Source: a virus (lineage: Duplodnaviria > Caudoviricetes). Taken from it: a DNA stretch of 55,510 nt. The notes below the pieces were generated by a model. The model saw only the letters and a list, made by a program, of their open reading frames with translations, was not told the DNA's origin and made no database searches. Below are positions 7,626 through 17,131 of the stretch, piece after piece. Position numbers and translations under genes: made by a program. Every line of letters starts with the position of its first letter. Position 1 is the first letter of the stretch. The stretch lies in IMG/VR virus record IMGVR_UViG_3300049005_000023, positions 1 to 55,510 of that record, one strand, 5' to 3'.

Positions 7626-8588
7626 TTGACTGACACACGCGTGATGAAGTTCGCCAACTCCGAGCTGCAGACTTTCAAAAGGTGCAAACGGAAGTGGTGG
7701 CTGACGTTCTACCACCGCCTGCGCCCCCGTCGCGAGGGCATCGGTCCGCTGAGCATCGGCAACATGGTGCATGCACCGCTGGAGGCGTACTACGCCACAC
7801 CCGACCGCGACCCCGCCACCTTCCAGTGGAAGCGAGTCCTGGACGCGCACTACCAGGACCGGCTCAACCACCCGGAGTTCCCGCACGACAAGGCCGCAGA
7901 GATGCAGTCCGAGTACGAGCTGGCTCAGCTGATGCTCGCTGGCTACTTCGAGTGGCTGGTGGACGAGGGCGCCGACTCAGACATCGAGATCATCGCGGCC
8001 GAGCGTGAAGTCGAGGTGTACCTGGACACAATTCTGGAAACCAGGGTCCACCTCATCGGGAAGCTCGACACAGAGATCCGGCTGAAGGCCAACGGGCAAC
8101 GAGCCTTCGAGGACCACAAGACGGTCGCAGCGCTCGGCATTCTGCCCAAGCAGATCGAGATCAACGAGCAGTTCCGGTTCTACGGCCTTCTGCAGCGGAT
8201 GGAGGCCCTGCAGCGCGGCACTGGTGAAACGCAGTTCGCGCACGGCGGGGTCTTGAACATGCTGCGGAAGGTGAAGCGGACTGCCGGCAGCAAACCGCCG
8301 TATTACGGCCGGGCCGGGGTGGAGCACAACGACACGGTCTACACGACATTCTTCACCCGGGTCTGGGGTGAGGTGTACGACCTGCTGACCCTGCGAGCCA
8401 GGCTGGACGCGGGCGGAGACCCCCAGCAGGTCGCCTATCCAACGCCGGGGATGGATTGCGATTGGAGTTGTCCCTTCCGGGTGATCTGCCCGCGCTTCGA
8501 TGACGGCTCCGACGTCGGGGCGATCATCGAGGGCGAGTTCGAGAAACACGATCCTTACAAACGGTATGTAGAAGTGGAGAAGGGCTGA
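7626..8588 (+). CDS. PD-(D/E)xK exonuclease (RecB/Cas4-like, probable Fe-S)
   Basis: SELQTFKRCKRKW, IG..VH..LE, GKLD, EDHKT, C-terminal CDWSCPF..IC; TTG start after ACCGGGAG (start uncertain). Confidence 0.88.
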   Translation: MTDTRVMKFANSELQTFKRCKRKWWLTFYHRLRPRREGIGPLSIGNMVHAPLEAYYATPDRDPATFQWKRVLDAHYQDRLNHPEFPHDKAAEMQSEYELAQLMLAGYFEWLVDEGADSDIEIIAAEREVEVYLDTILETRVHLIGKLDTEIRLKANGQRAFEDHKTVAALGILPKQIEINEQFRFYGLLQRMEALQRGTGETQFAHGGVLNMLRKVKRTAGSKPPYYGRAGVEHNDTVYTTFFTRVWGEVYDLLTLRARLDAGGDPQQVAYPTPGMDCDWSCPFRVICPRFDDGSDVGAIIEGEFEKHDPYKRYVEVEKG

Positions 8589-8884
8589 TGGCCCGGTACG
8601 AGAGAACCAAAATCGTGTTCGAGCTCCGCGCTGAAGCAGCCATGCTGATTACCGCCGTGAAGACGTCCCGGGTGATGACCAAGGACGCCGACATGCTGGA
8701 GCGGGACAAACAGGCTGTCACCGCGTTCGAGGAGATCCGCGCTGCGCGTGAGGAGCAGCTTCGCCACCTGCTGAGCTGGCTACAGGATCTGGCCACGAAC
8801 CCATTGCACTCCATGACCGAGACGTCCAGCTTGGCCGAAGAAACGGCTAGTCGCCTGAAGAAGATTCTGGACGGAGAGGCATGA
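8588..8884 (+). CDS. Hypothetical protein
   Basis: Overlap-coupled to both neighbours. Confidence 0.75.
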   Translation: MARYERTKIVFELRAEAAMLITAVKTSRVMTKDADMLERDKQAVTAFEEIRAAREEQLRHLLSWLQDLATNPLHSMTETSSLAEETASRLKKILDGEA

Positions 8885-9681
8885 CCCAGCAGAGCACCCT
8901 CACCGCGCTGATCCACGGCGAGTCCGGCGTCGGCAAGTCCGATCTGGCCGACACGATCCCCGGCCCCCGTCTTGTCCTGGACGCTGAGGCCGGATCGGAG
9001 TACACCCCCTCGTGGCCGAAGCAGATCTGGAATCCGGCCTTCCCACCGCCCGGTACGCCCGGCTGCGACCCCGCGCTACAGGAGTGCGCGGAGACGGTTC
9101 GGGTAGTCGTGCAGGACTGGAAAACTTGGGAGCAGGTGCACTACTGGATTGCCTCTGGGCAGCACCCGTTCCAGTCCATCATCCTGGACAGCCTGACTGA
9201 GATCCAGAAACGCTGCCGCGACGCCATCCGCGGCACTGAGCAGATGCAAACCCAGCACTGGGGTGAGCTCCTCATTCAGATGGAGACCGCCGTACGCCAG
9301 CTCAGGGACCTGGCCAAGTCACCGTACAACCGGCTGATGAACGTCGTCATTCTGGCGCTGACCAACCAGAAAGAACGCGGGAGACCCTTGGCACAAGGCT
9401 CTCTCGCAGACTCCCTGCCCGGCTTCGTGGACGTCGTAGGCTACATGTCCTCGCAGTCGTCGGCCGACGGGCAGCTGCAGCGCTGGCTGGAAGTCCAGCC
9501 GCACAGCATCTTCGTGGCCAAAGACCGCACCAAGGTGATCACGCATTACCTGTCGTTTCCCGGCGCTCCGGGCTACGTATTGGTCCGCGACCACCTCAAT
9601 CCGCAGCCGAACAGCTGGACGCTCACAGAAGCCGTCCAGGCCCTTGAAACCCGCTACAACTCAGGAGGAAACCCGACGTGA
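8881..9681 (+). CDS. AAA ATPase (Sak4/AAA_24-like recombination protein)
   Basis: Walker A GESGVGKS, LVLDAEAG, ILDSLTE, VDVVGY, AKDRT. Confidence 0.88.
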   Translation: MTQQSTLTALIHGESGVGKSDLADTIPGPRLVLDAEAGSEYTPSWPKQIWNPAFPPPGTPGCDPALQECAETVRVVVQDWKTWEQVHYWIASGQHPFQSIILDSLTEIQKRCRDAIRGTEQMQTQHWGELLIQMETAVRQLRDLAKSPYNRLMNVVILALTNQKERGRPLAQGSLADSLPGFVDVVGYMSSQSSADGQLQRWLEVQPHSIFVAKDRTKVITHYLSFPGAPGYVLVRDHLNPQPNSWTLTEAVQALETRYNSGGNPT

Positions 9682-10661
9682 GCACCGTACTGTGGAACGA
9701 CGCCCTGCAAGGAGTCACCCCGACCACTGGCGGGCAGCCGCTGCCGCCGGCCACATACCGGTTCCGGCCAATCGCGGGCGAAGGCAAAGACAACAGCGGC
9801 GGTGCGCCGATGCTGTCGCTGCAGCTTGAGGTCATCTCCGGGCCGATGGCCGGCCGGAAGCACTACCACTACGAGAACCTGCCGAAGGGCAACAGCGACG
9901 CCGACAAGCAGCGGATGGGGTACTTCCTCGGCCTCTGCCAGGCTTTCGGGATCACCGGAGAAATGCTCGGCCAATGGTTCCAGGGACAGCCGGTAAGCAA
10001 GGAAACTCTGGAATACCTGGCCAAGTACATCGTGCAGTCCGGCCGGGTCGTGAAGGCGACACTGCGCCCGCGCCGCAACGATGAGGCCCGCGTCGACGCG
10101 AGCGGCTGGGTGCCGGACGACGGCATCGAGCCGGAACCACCAAAGCAGGCCGCCGTTGCGGCGCCAATGCCGGGCGCGCCGGAGAGCTTCGGCCCGCCGC
10201 AGACTCCAAACAGCTTCGCCGGTGGGCCGCAGGCTCCCAGTGGGCTGCCGCTCGGCGGCTTCCCGGGTTCTGTGCAACAGGGCGGTGCGCCGTCTGCCGC
10301 GCCGGACTGGGCAACTCAGCAGCAGGTGCAGGGGCAGGCTCCGCAGCAGATCACCGGACCGGGTCAGGCCGCTCCCGCTGCACAACCGCAGGCCGCCGGG
10401 ATGAGCCAATTCCAGCAGCTGGCCGCGGCGCAGTTCCCTCAGTCTGGCCAAGCGTCCGCTCCGCAGCAGGACGCCTTCCCAGGGCAGCAGTTCCCGGGGC
10501 AGGTCAACCCGGCGAACTTCCCAGCGACGGCGCAGCCAAACCCGGGGCAGCAGATGCCCGGAATGCCACAGGCCGCCCCACAGCAGAACTCCGCGCCGAC
10601 CGGCCAGCCGCAGGGCGGGTTCCCGCTGATCGGCGGTCAGCCTCCGCAGGCGAACATCTGA
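9678..10661 (+). CDS. Probable ssDNA-binding protein (DUF669-like) with long Gln/Pro/Ala-rich tail
   Basis: PLP..TY and MLSLQLEVISGP.AGRK pattern; follows the Sak4-like ATPase. Confidence 0.65.
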   Translation: MSTVLWNDALQGVTPTTGGQPLPPATYRFRPIAGEGKDNSGGAPMLSLQLEVISGPMAGRKHYHYENLPKGNSDADKQRMGYFLGLCQAFGITGEMLGQWFQGQPVSKETLEYLAKYIVQSGRVVKATLRPRRNDEARVDASGWVPDDGIEPEPPKQAAVAAPMPGAPESFGPPQTPNSFAGGPQAPSGLPLGGFPGSVQQGGAPSAAPDWATQQQVQGQAPQQITGPGQAAPAAQPQAAGMSQFQQLAAAQFPQSGQASAPQQDAFPGQQFPGQVNPANFPATAQPNPGQQMPGMPQAAPQQNSAPTGQPQGGFPLIGGQPPQANI

Positions 10662-10699
10662 CGTACGCTGACCGAGCAAACTCAGTAGAGGGCGAAGAC

Positions 10700-10742
10700 G
10701 TGGCCCCGGCATCCTTCCGGACGGTTGGAGAGCCGGGGTCGC
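10700..10742. terminator. Hairpin at the convergence of the two transcription arms
   Basis: GTGGCCCCGGC/GCCGGGGTCGC stem between convergent genes. Confidence 0.65.
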
Positions 10743-10747
10743 GCACG

Positions 10748-11077
10748 TTAGGGCATTACGGTGTACGTCCCGCAGTCGACGGCGTCCGTCTCTGGGCTGT
10801 CTACTACCTTCACAAACACCCTGTACTTCGTCTTTGTGTTGTTCACCAGTGCCGCGGTAACGAGCTTCTTGACCTGGTATACAGAATCGGTGACCGCTCC
10901 GCTCTCCGCGTGCGGAGCCTCCCACGGGTACGTGGCCTGGTCGTCGTTCTTCTGGCTGTCCAGCACGTGAGCGACCCAGTATACGCACTCGGAGATATCC
11001 GCACCGGTCAGCTCGATGATGGTCGCAGTGACGAACTCAACATCCCCACGCTTCAGCGTTCGCGGCGTGACTACCAC
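10748..11077 (-). CDS. Hypothetical virion-associated protein
   Basis: Beta-rich 109 aa; end of a structural gene block. Confidence 0.65.
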   Translation of the reverse strand: MVVTPRTLKRGDVEFVTATIIELTGADISECVYWVAHVLDSQKNDDQATYPWEAPHAESGAVTDSVYQVKKLVTAALVNNTKTKYRVFVKVVDSPETDAVDCGTYTVMP

Positions 11078-12624
11078 TTCACAGCTCCCTTCCAGCGGCC
11101 GGGCTGCAGGGAGCCGGCGAAACGTCCTGTAGCAATCGTCCCACTGAATCGTCTCGCTTCGATCTCGCCGACCAGCGTCAGATCCCGGTCGGCTAACACG
11201 GGGCCGAGGTGGAGCACGATGAAGTCTGTCAGCCCTGCATCATCGCTGAGCACGTGGTTCGCGGCCAGTACAACTTGCGCACCGTCGGACAGCCCCACGT
11301 CATCGCTGTAACTTGCTCCGATCGCGAGGTTGTCCTGGTCACCGAGACCCGTGGTGTCAAGGAAGTTCAGCGCGATGATCTTGGTCAGCGTGACGGTGTC
11401 GGTCAGACTCTCGTTGTCGGCCGCAGTGACGGAGAGTTGGCGGAACAGGTCGATCTGAACGGCGTCCGTCAGGCCGAGACTGTCGCCCAGGCTTTTGCCT
11501 GTGTCAAGCGCGGTGACATCGACTAACTGCTCGGTGTCGGTCGGCGCCAGTACGCCAGAGACAACCAGCTGCACTTGCGCCGAGTCCGTCAGCCCAATCG
11601 GGTCGGTTGCACCCTTTCCGACGTCCGTCGCGGTCGAATCCGACAGCGCCACAACGTCGGACGGCAGCACCTGCCGATCGAATATGATTGTCGCGGTGTC
11701 GGACAGCCCTTCTGCGTCTGCCGGGACCTGCGCCCGGGCTACCGTCACCGTCGCGCTATCGGTGAGTCCTTCGGAGTCAGAGAGCACCGGTGAAACCGAC
11801 AGCGCTACCGCGTCCGTCAGCCCCTCGGCGTCAGCCATGCTCTTGCCAACGTCCAGCACAGCGCTGTCGGCCAACCCTTCCGGATCGACCGGGTTCTTTC
11901 CGGTACTGAGCGCAGCGCTGTCCGTTAGGCCTTCAGCGTCGGATGGCGCCTGCGTTAGGTTGCTGCCCCCAGCACCTGCGGCTTTCAGCCCGTACAGCCC
12001 GGCGACCTTGACGGTACTAACTGCCCCGGATGTAGCTCCCGTCGCTGACTGCGCTCCTGTACTGCTGGCGATTTCGTGTGCCGCGTGCAGAACTGTGGTT
12101 CCGCCGTCGTCTTTGGTGTAGCCAGTCGGCTGCACTGTCGCGGTCGCGTCGTTGAACGTCTGGCACGCCCAGCCCAACCCCGCCAAGGTGGCCGTGGTGA
12201 CCGCTGTATCCGCAATCGAGGTGGTGTTTGCGCCATTCGTGGACGTGCTGACGGTCCCATCCAGCGGGTCCGCGCCGGTCATGTCGACCCCGACCCATCC
12301 CTGCGCCAGCAGCATGGCCCAGTACGACGAGGCGGTGGTGACGGTGTAGCTACCAGACGTAATGGCCGCCCCCCAGGCCATCTTCAACCACAACGTGCCG
12401 CCCGACGGGACGGCTACCGAGACAGACAGAAACTCATGGCCGACAAAGCCTGTCGGCCACGTTAGAGACGGCGTAGCCTGTCCCGCGGATGCCCAGCAGC
12501 CCCAGATCAGGACGACGCAGTCAGTGGAAAGCGAGCTCGGCACGAAGGCGGTTGATTTGCTGGCTTGCTGCGTCCCACCCTCGTCGACCCCCGAGCGCGT
12601 GAACCCCCTGAAGGTGACGCCCAT
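11071..12624 (-). CDS. Virion fibre-like protein with about 13 D-x-x-GL-x-D repeats
   Basis: T/S/G-rich N-domain followed by 18-22 aa repeats (DAEGLTD, DPEGLAD, DSEGLTD...). Confidence 0.7.
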   Translation of the reverse strand: MGVTFRGFTRSGVDEGGTQQASKSTAFVPSSLSTDCVVLIWGCWASAGQATPSLTWPTGFVGHEFLSVSVAVPSGGTLWLKMAWGAAITSGSYTVTTASSYWAMLLAQGWVGVDMTGADPLDGTVSTSTNGANTTSIADTAVTTATLAGLGWACQTFNDATATVQPTGYTKDDGGTTVLHAAHEIASSTGAQSATGATSGAVSTVKVAGLYGLKAAGAGGSNLTQAPSDAEGLTDSAALSTGKNPVDPEGLADSAVLDVGKSMADAEGLTDAVALSVSPVLSDSEGLTDSATVTVARAQVPADAEGLSDTATIIFDRQVLPSDVVALSDSTATDVGKGATDPIGLTDSAQVQLVVSGVLAPTDTEQLVDVTALDTGKSLGDSLGLTDAVQIDLFRQLSVTAADNESLTDTVTLTKIIALNFLDTTGLGDQDNLAIGASYSDDVGLSDGAQVVLAANHVLSDDAGLTDFIVLHLGPVLADRDLTLVGEIEARRFSGTIATGRFAGSLQPGRWKGAVKW

Positions 12625-12625
12625 G

Positions 12626-12910
12626 TCACATCTTCAGCAGAAGGAACGTCCACCGGTAGCTGTGATCCGCAGAATCGCTGTTGGCCACGTTACCTACGAA
12701 GCTGTTCGCCACCCCGTCAGTAACGTTGATCATCGCAGCACTGATGGAAAGATGCACAGAGTCTCCGGAGTAGTAGCCCCAGCTCAAAATCTGGTAGCCA
12801 TCGGGGGCTGTGTACTCGTAGATGGTGCTGTCGTCATGCGCGCTTGCGGGTACGTTGATCCACCCCGTGTTGGCGTACTCCACCTCAAACATAACGGGGA
12901 TGTGCGGCAC
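12626..12910 (-). CDS. Hypothetical minor structural protein
   Basis: Fills the gap between structural genes; GTG start inferred. Confidence 0.6.
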   Translation of the reverse strand: MPHIPVMFEVEYANTGWINVPASAHDDSTIYEYTAPDGYQILSWGYYSGDSVHLSISAAMINVTDGVANSFVGNVANSDSADHSYRWTFLLLKM

Positions 12911-12911
12911 C

Positions 12912-13496
12912 TCAGGCCCCCAGGAACTTGTGCGACCAGGTGATAGCCAGGGAGTCCAGAGCGCCCTTGTTCTGTGCGCTGAACACGACCCGGGCAGCAG
13001 TGTTGGCCGCCGTGCTCGTAGCGTTCGTGGCCTGATCATTGACGAGCGCGGCCTCGGTGATCGCGGAGTTCGTCGCCGTACCCGCGGGCCATGTGGTCTT
13101 GTAGATCGCGTTCCAACCGGTGTCCGTGCCAGCTACCGCGGAAGCCTGCGGATACGTCGAATCGAAGGCGACGTTCGACCCGGACAGGTAGGTGACCAGC
13201 GCGCCGCCAGCGCCAGACTTGGCCGCGGCCGTCGTACCGGTGCCGAGCTTCATGCCGTTCATCGCCGTCGGAGCAGAAGCGTTGGTCGGCGAAATGCCGA
13301 CAATGGCCTTCTGCGCATAGTACTGATCACCAGCGGTAGTGATCAGGTTGGCGAACGGCTCACAGCTCTTCAGCTTCCCGTCCGGGCCGCGGAGCTCGAC
13401 CACGCCGTACCCGACGAGTCCGGCGCCATCCTTGAGCCCCTGCGCGCGCTTCCATGCCATCTCGAAAGCGTCGGCGAGTCTGCTGTCGTCGTGCAT
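12912..13496 (-). CDS. Virion structural protein
   Basis: NLITTAG, GTGTTA, ITEAAL, ARVVF...K...DSL.ITW pattern common in phage structural proteins; GGAGG RBS. Confidence 0.75.
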   Translation of the reverse strand: MHDDSRLADAFEMAWKRAQGLKDGAGLVGYGVVELRGPDGKLKSCEPFANLITTAGDQYYAQKAIVGISPTNASAPTAMNGMKLGTGTTAAAKSGAGGALVTYLSGSNVAFDSTYPQASAVAGTDTGWNAIYKTTWPAGTATNSAITEAALVNDQATNATSTAANTAARVVFSAQNKGALDSLAITWSHKFLGA

Positions 13497-13567
13497 GGTT
13501 TCCTCCGCCGCTCGGGAAGTAGAAGTCTGGGCTCATCGTATCTGCCGGACGGCTTCGGTTGGTGGGG

Positions 13568-13597
13568 TTGCGCTGTAACTATAGAAAAGCTATAGTC
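13568..13597 (+). promoter_or_regulatory. Promoter TTGCGC-N17-TATAGT with operator AACTATAG-aaaag-CTATAGTC
   Basis: Motif inspection; upstream of + strand gene 13627 (AGGAGG RBS). Confidence 0.8.
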
Positions 13598-13626
13598 ATT
13601 GCATCACCACATATCAGGAGGACGAG

Positions 13627-13896
13627 ATGTCGAAGACGCTGGAAACCTACGTTGACGTGGCCCGTCGGCTCTTGCCTGGGGACATCGTACTGATCAAGCG
13701 CGAGAACGGTGACAACTACAACGGCAAGGTCGATTCGGTGCGAGACAGCGGTGGGGGTCGCGTGGTCGTGGTCATGGCTCCGGGTACATCGTGCTGGCTC
13801 TCGGAAGAGCCCGGGCCGTTCGACCTGCATCCCGACACTTTCGTCGAACTGCCCATCTACCCGACCACTCGGGTGTTCCCCGCGAACGAAGAATGA
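13627..13896 (+). CDS. Hypothetical protein inserted antisense in the late region (moron-like)
   Basis: Own promoter, AGGAGG RBS and downstream hairpin. Confidence 0.75.
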   Translation: MSKTLETYVDVARRLLPGDIVLIKRENGDNYNGKVDSVRDSGGGRVVVVMAPGTSCWLSEEPGPFDLHPDTFVELPIYPTTRVFPANEE

Positions 13897-14008
13897 CCTT
13901 CCACTACGCGCTGCACCTTGGAGTGTGGTTCTTCATCGGCGCGTTGTTGGGCGGATCCCACATTTGGAACGCAGCAGTCGTCTTGCTGGCTCGACGCCCT
14001 AACGCACA

Positions 14009-14037
14009 GCAGCCCCGGACCTGTCGGCCGGGGCTGC
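14009..14037. terminator. Bidirectional GC-rich hairpin
   Basis: GCAGCCCCGG/CCGGGGCTGC 10-bp stem between convergent genes. Confidence 0.7.
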
Positions 14038-14054
14038 GTGTTGCTCAGGAGTCC

Positions 14055-14462
14055 TCAGGCTACCAGACTCAGGTTGCCTTTCGTCAATACCGGACTGTCC
14101 TCCGTGCTCTTGAAGGACGGCACAACCAATGGACTGGTGCGGTCCCGGACGAACACACCGCCGAGGATGGCCACCAGGCCAAGCAAAGCAGCGGTCTGGT
14201 CGACGGTCAGCTCGAGCCGATATGCCGCAAAAAGCGCGATGAGAGCCTTCGCCGCTGCGGTGAGCGCAGCCAGCAAAGTATCCCGGACCGACCAGGACTC
14301 CCACACCCCGAGTACGGCGAACAGCACCGCCATGATTGCGCCTACTCGCTCGTCGGTCAGGTGCAGCTGTGCGGTGACCTGGTGCAGCGTCAGCACGAAG
14401 GCGAACACGGCCTGGATCACGCCGAGCCAGAAGGCCGGCTGCCTACCGAAAATGGTTTTCAC
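14055..14462 (-). CDS. Holin
   Basis: Several hydrophobic helices, IFGRQP N-terminus, directly after the endolysin. Confidence 0.8.
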   Translation of the reverse strand: MKTIFGRQPAFWLGVIQAVFAFVLTLHQVTAQLHLTDERVGAIMAVLFAVLGVWESWSVRDTLLAALTAAAKALIALFAAYRLELTVDQTAALLGLVAILGGVFVRDRTSPLVVPSFKSTEDSPVLTKGNLSLVA

Positions 14463-15502
14463 GAACCGTCTCCTTCATGCGGAGCCGGCGACATGGTGCC
14501 GTCGGCATTCAGGAACGTCTGGAGCTGCGCGGCCGACGGCCTGGCCGCCAGGTCGCTCACGCTGGAGTCCAACGCAGTGGCGAGCTCCCGGGATTGCGCG
14601 GTCATGCCCTGCGCGTCCAGAGCTTGCGGGGTCAGGTCGTTGCTGTCGAGTGCGGCAACCGCATTCTCAACTCGATCCAGCTGGAGCTTGATGGCCTGGA
14701 TCATCTTCAGCAGCGCCGTACCGGTGCCGTGCGGGTCAACCCAGAACCGGACGGCGTACTCTTCCTCTTCGGCCTGCATCATCGCGCGCAGCTGTGCTTC
14801 GGTCCAGGGCATGTCGTCTACCTCTTGTGTCGGGGGTTTGCTGGTGGTGGGGGCCGCGAGTTTTCCCGTGGCAACGTAGGTGCCGGTCGCCTTTGCGCCG
14901 GCCGCCAGAACAGCGCGTACGTCCTTGCGGAACTGGTACATCCGCACGCCGTAGGGGTCGTCCTTGCGCCGGGTGTGCTCGCGGTGAGCGAGATTGGACA
15001 ACGCTGACCACCCGAGCAGGTCACACATCGCCGCTGCCCAGAGCACTGCGCCGCGGTACTGCGCAGCAGTCGGCGGGACCGTGCCGGAGTAGATCCACTC
15101 GTTGCCGAGGTAGATCGCATTGCCGTTGATCCCGTCCGGGCCGGGCTTGAGTTCGACGGCGTAGCCGTTGTAGTTCTCGTTCTCAATCGCCGTGGCAGTG
15201 GCGCTCGAGCCTGAGCCCGCATGGTTGGCCCGGCCGGTTGCACCGATGTGAATGGTTCCGCCGGAGTCGGTGGCGACGTTGCACAGCGGTCCGGGAATAC
15301 CTTCGGCAGGGCGGCCGGTGACGAACAGAAAGTACAGGTACGACGCGGAGGCAGACCCGCCACCGGTGTGGTGGTGCGTCAGGCCGTGAGGCTCGACACC
15401 GCCTGGACGGCCGCGAGTAGCAGCTCCGTTGTAGACGATGAAGCGCACGTGCCATTCCGCCAGTTTGGCGGTAATCTGCGCGAGGGTAGGCGCCTTGGCC
15501 AT
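14459..15502 (-). CDS. Endolysin, N-acetylmuramoyl-L-alanine amidase (Amidase_2)
   Basis: HHTG, RANHAG.G, GNE, AHREHTRRKDDP Zn-amidase motifs. Confidence 0.9.
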   Translation of the reverse strand: MAKAPTLAQITAKLAEWHVRFIVYNGAATRGRPGGVEPHGLTHHHTGGGSASASYLYFLFVTGRPAEGIPGPLCNVATDSGGTIHIGATGRANHAGSGSSATATAIENENYNGYAVELKPGPDGINGNAIYLGNEWIYSGTVPPTAAQYRGAVLWAAAMCDLLGWSALSNLAHREHTRRKDDPYGVRMYQFRKDVRAVLAAGAKATGTYVATGKLAAPTTSKPPTQEVDDMPWTEAQLRAMMQAEEEEYAVRFWVDPHGTGTALLKMIQAIKLQLDRVENAVAALDSNDLTPQALDAQGMTAQSRELATALDSSVSDLAARPSAAQLQTFLNADGTMSPAPHEGDGS

Positions 15503-15541
15503 TGTCCAGACTTCCCTTCTACGGCTACAGAGAAATCATAG

Positions 15542-16303
15542 CTAGGGAAGCTTGACCTTGCAGGGACCCTTCGCGTAGCCCTTTGAGCCGTCTGTGTAGG
15601 TGATCTCCCAGCGGCTGCCGTCCGGCGGGTCGAAGTCCACGCACTCAGTGCTGCTGATGCCTATCCCGGTCGGCCCCTGCACACCCATCTCGCCCTGAGC
15701 ACCCTGCTGCCCTGGAGGGCCAGTCTCGCCAGCTGGTCCAGCTTTGCCTTCGGGGCCCTGCGGTCCGGCCGGTCCGTCTTTCCCGTCCTTGCCCGCAGGC
15801 CCCGCCGGTCCTTGGGGCCCCGTCGCGCCGGTCGCTCCGACGCACGCCGTACTGAGCAACGAGCAACCTGGCGGTGGACCTTGCTTGCCGACGGCTCCCG
15901 GCGGTCCAGCAGGCCCGACAGGTCCCTGCGGTCCGGGAGCACCGGTCGGGCCGGGCGGACCCGAAGGGCCTTGTGACCCTGCCGCGCCTACCGCCCCCGC
16001 CAGTCCGATCGGGCCGCGGCTGCCTTGCTTGACGATGACGGACGGCTCGGCCGCCACCGGGGTGATGCATCCCCGCGACGTCGCCGGCTTGCCTTTGCAG
16101 GCAGTGAACTGGTCCTTCTGCTGTGTCAGGCTTCCCGACAGCGCGTTGATAGCCCGCGTCTGCGCGCTGATGACCAGCAATGCGACGAGTAGCGCAGCGG
16201 TCAGTACGGCGTACCCCAGCGCCGCCGTCACCCACTGCACTCCTGCGCGCCGGGTCTGGGTATCCGCCCGAGTCGGCGGCGGAACCGGAAGCTGTTCAGT
16301 CAT
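15542..16303 (-). CDS. Membrane-anchored collagen-like protein
   Basis: N-terminal TM helix, long Gly-X-Y tracts and Cys pairs; in the lysis cluster. Confidence 0.85.
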   Translation of the reverse strand: MTEQLPVPPPTRADTQTRRAGVQWVTAALGYAVLTAALLVALLVISAQTRAINALSGSLTQQKDQFTACKGKPATSRGCITPVAAEPSVIVKQGSRGPIGLAGAVGAAGSQGPSGPPGPTGAPGPQGPVGPAGPPGAVGKQGPPPGCSLLSTACVGATGATGPQGPAGPAGKDGKDGPAGPQGPEGKAGPAGETGPPGQQGAQGEMGVQGPTGIGISSTECVDFDPPDGSRWEITYTDGSKGYAKGPCKVKLP

Positions 16304-16655
16304 CGCTGGTCACCTGCTTGAGAGCCTTCCCCCGTGGTGGTAGTGGAGTGTAAACGGGGGCCGGCGGGATGGGCGGTAGATTCTCCGCGCCCCAGGTCAG
16401 CCTTACATGATGAGCAAGGTCAGCGTAGTTGCTGCGGTAGTACTCCGCCAGTACCACCTGATAGTCCAGCTGATGGCTGATGCGTGTCGCCCGGTCGTCG
16501 GCCTCGTCGCGGTACTGCTCAAGCTTCTGGATGGCACGTGCTTCGGTGCGGACGACACCGGTGCGAATCAAGCCGAGCCCGCGGAACAAGGCCCACAGGA
16601 AGGCCGCCCCGCCCCCAGTCAGTACAACGGCCAGAATCCCGTTGATCGTAGTCAC
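16296..16655 (-). CDS. Membrane protein, lysis cluster
   Basis: N-terminal hydrophobic helix followed by coiled coil. Confidence 0.7.
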   Translation of the reverse strand: MTTINGILAVVLTGGGAAFLWALFRGLGLIRTGVVRTEARAIQKLEQYRDEADDRATRISHQLDYQVVLAEYYRSNYADLAHHVRLTWGAENLPPIPPAPVYTPLPPRGKALKQVTSDD

Positions 16656-17068
16656 GAGCGGCCCTTTGCCGCTCGGCGCATACTCCTGACCAGCCCCAGC
16701 AGATCAAGCCCGCGCGACGCCAGCACGATAAAGATAAAGGTGAGGAAAGCGGCAAAGGCCAAGGTCCCAGAATTGAACGCAGCGACCAGCACTACGACGA
16801 AAGCCAGGACACCGGCCAGCGTCAACGGCATCCCCATGAACTCGGCGATATAGCGATCGCGTATCGAGCCGTACACAGCCAGTAGGCATCCGACCAGCAT
16901 CATCCCGTTCCAGAAGAAGCGGAGCTGCCCGGGAACATCCCGGAATGACCGGGTGGGGTCGGCCAGGATGATGGTGTTTCCGACGGCCAGGGCGGTGTAC
17001 GCGGCTGCCCGCAGGGGCCTGCGCCGACGGTGGGAGTCGAGCACTTCCCGCACCTCCCCAGTAGTCAC
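16652..17068 (-). CDS. Multi-pass membrane protein, lysis cluster
   Basis: About 4 hydrophobic segments. Confidence 0.72.
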   Translation of the reverse strand: MTTGEVREVLDSHRRRRPLRAAAYTALAVGNTIILADPTRSFRDVPGQLRFFWNGMMLVGCLLAVYGSIRDRYIAEFMGMPLTLAGVLAFVVVLVAAFNSGTLAFAAFLTFIFIVLASRGLDLLGLVRSMRRAAKGRS

Positions 17069-17131
17069 GCTTGCCCCTAACGGGTTACTGTCTGACGGTT
17101 TCAGTGTTTCACGCTGAGGCGGGTCTACTGG

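Noticed and set aside
7626-8588. CRISPR-associated Cas4 belonging to the RAMP locus
   Set aside because: It sits in the usual exonuclease-AAA ATPase-SSB recombination module of actinophages; nothing links it to the guide locus
13791-14879. Long + strand ORF (hydrophobic segment from ATG 13893)
   Set aside because: It runs through a terminator hairpin and antisense to the holin and endolysin; a real short gene cannot be delimited
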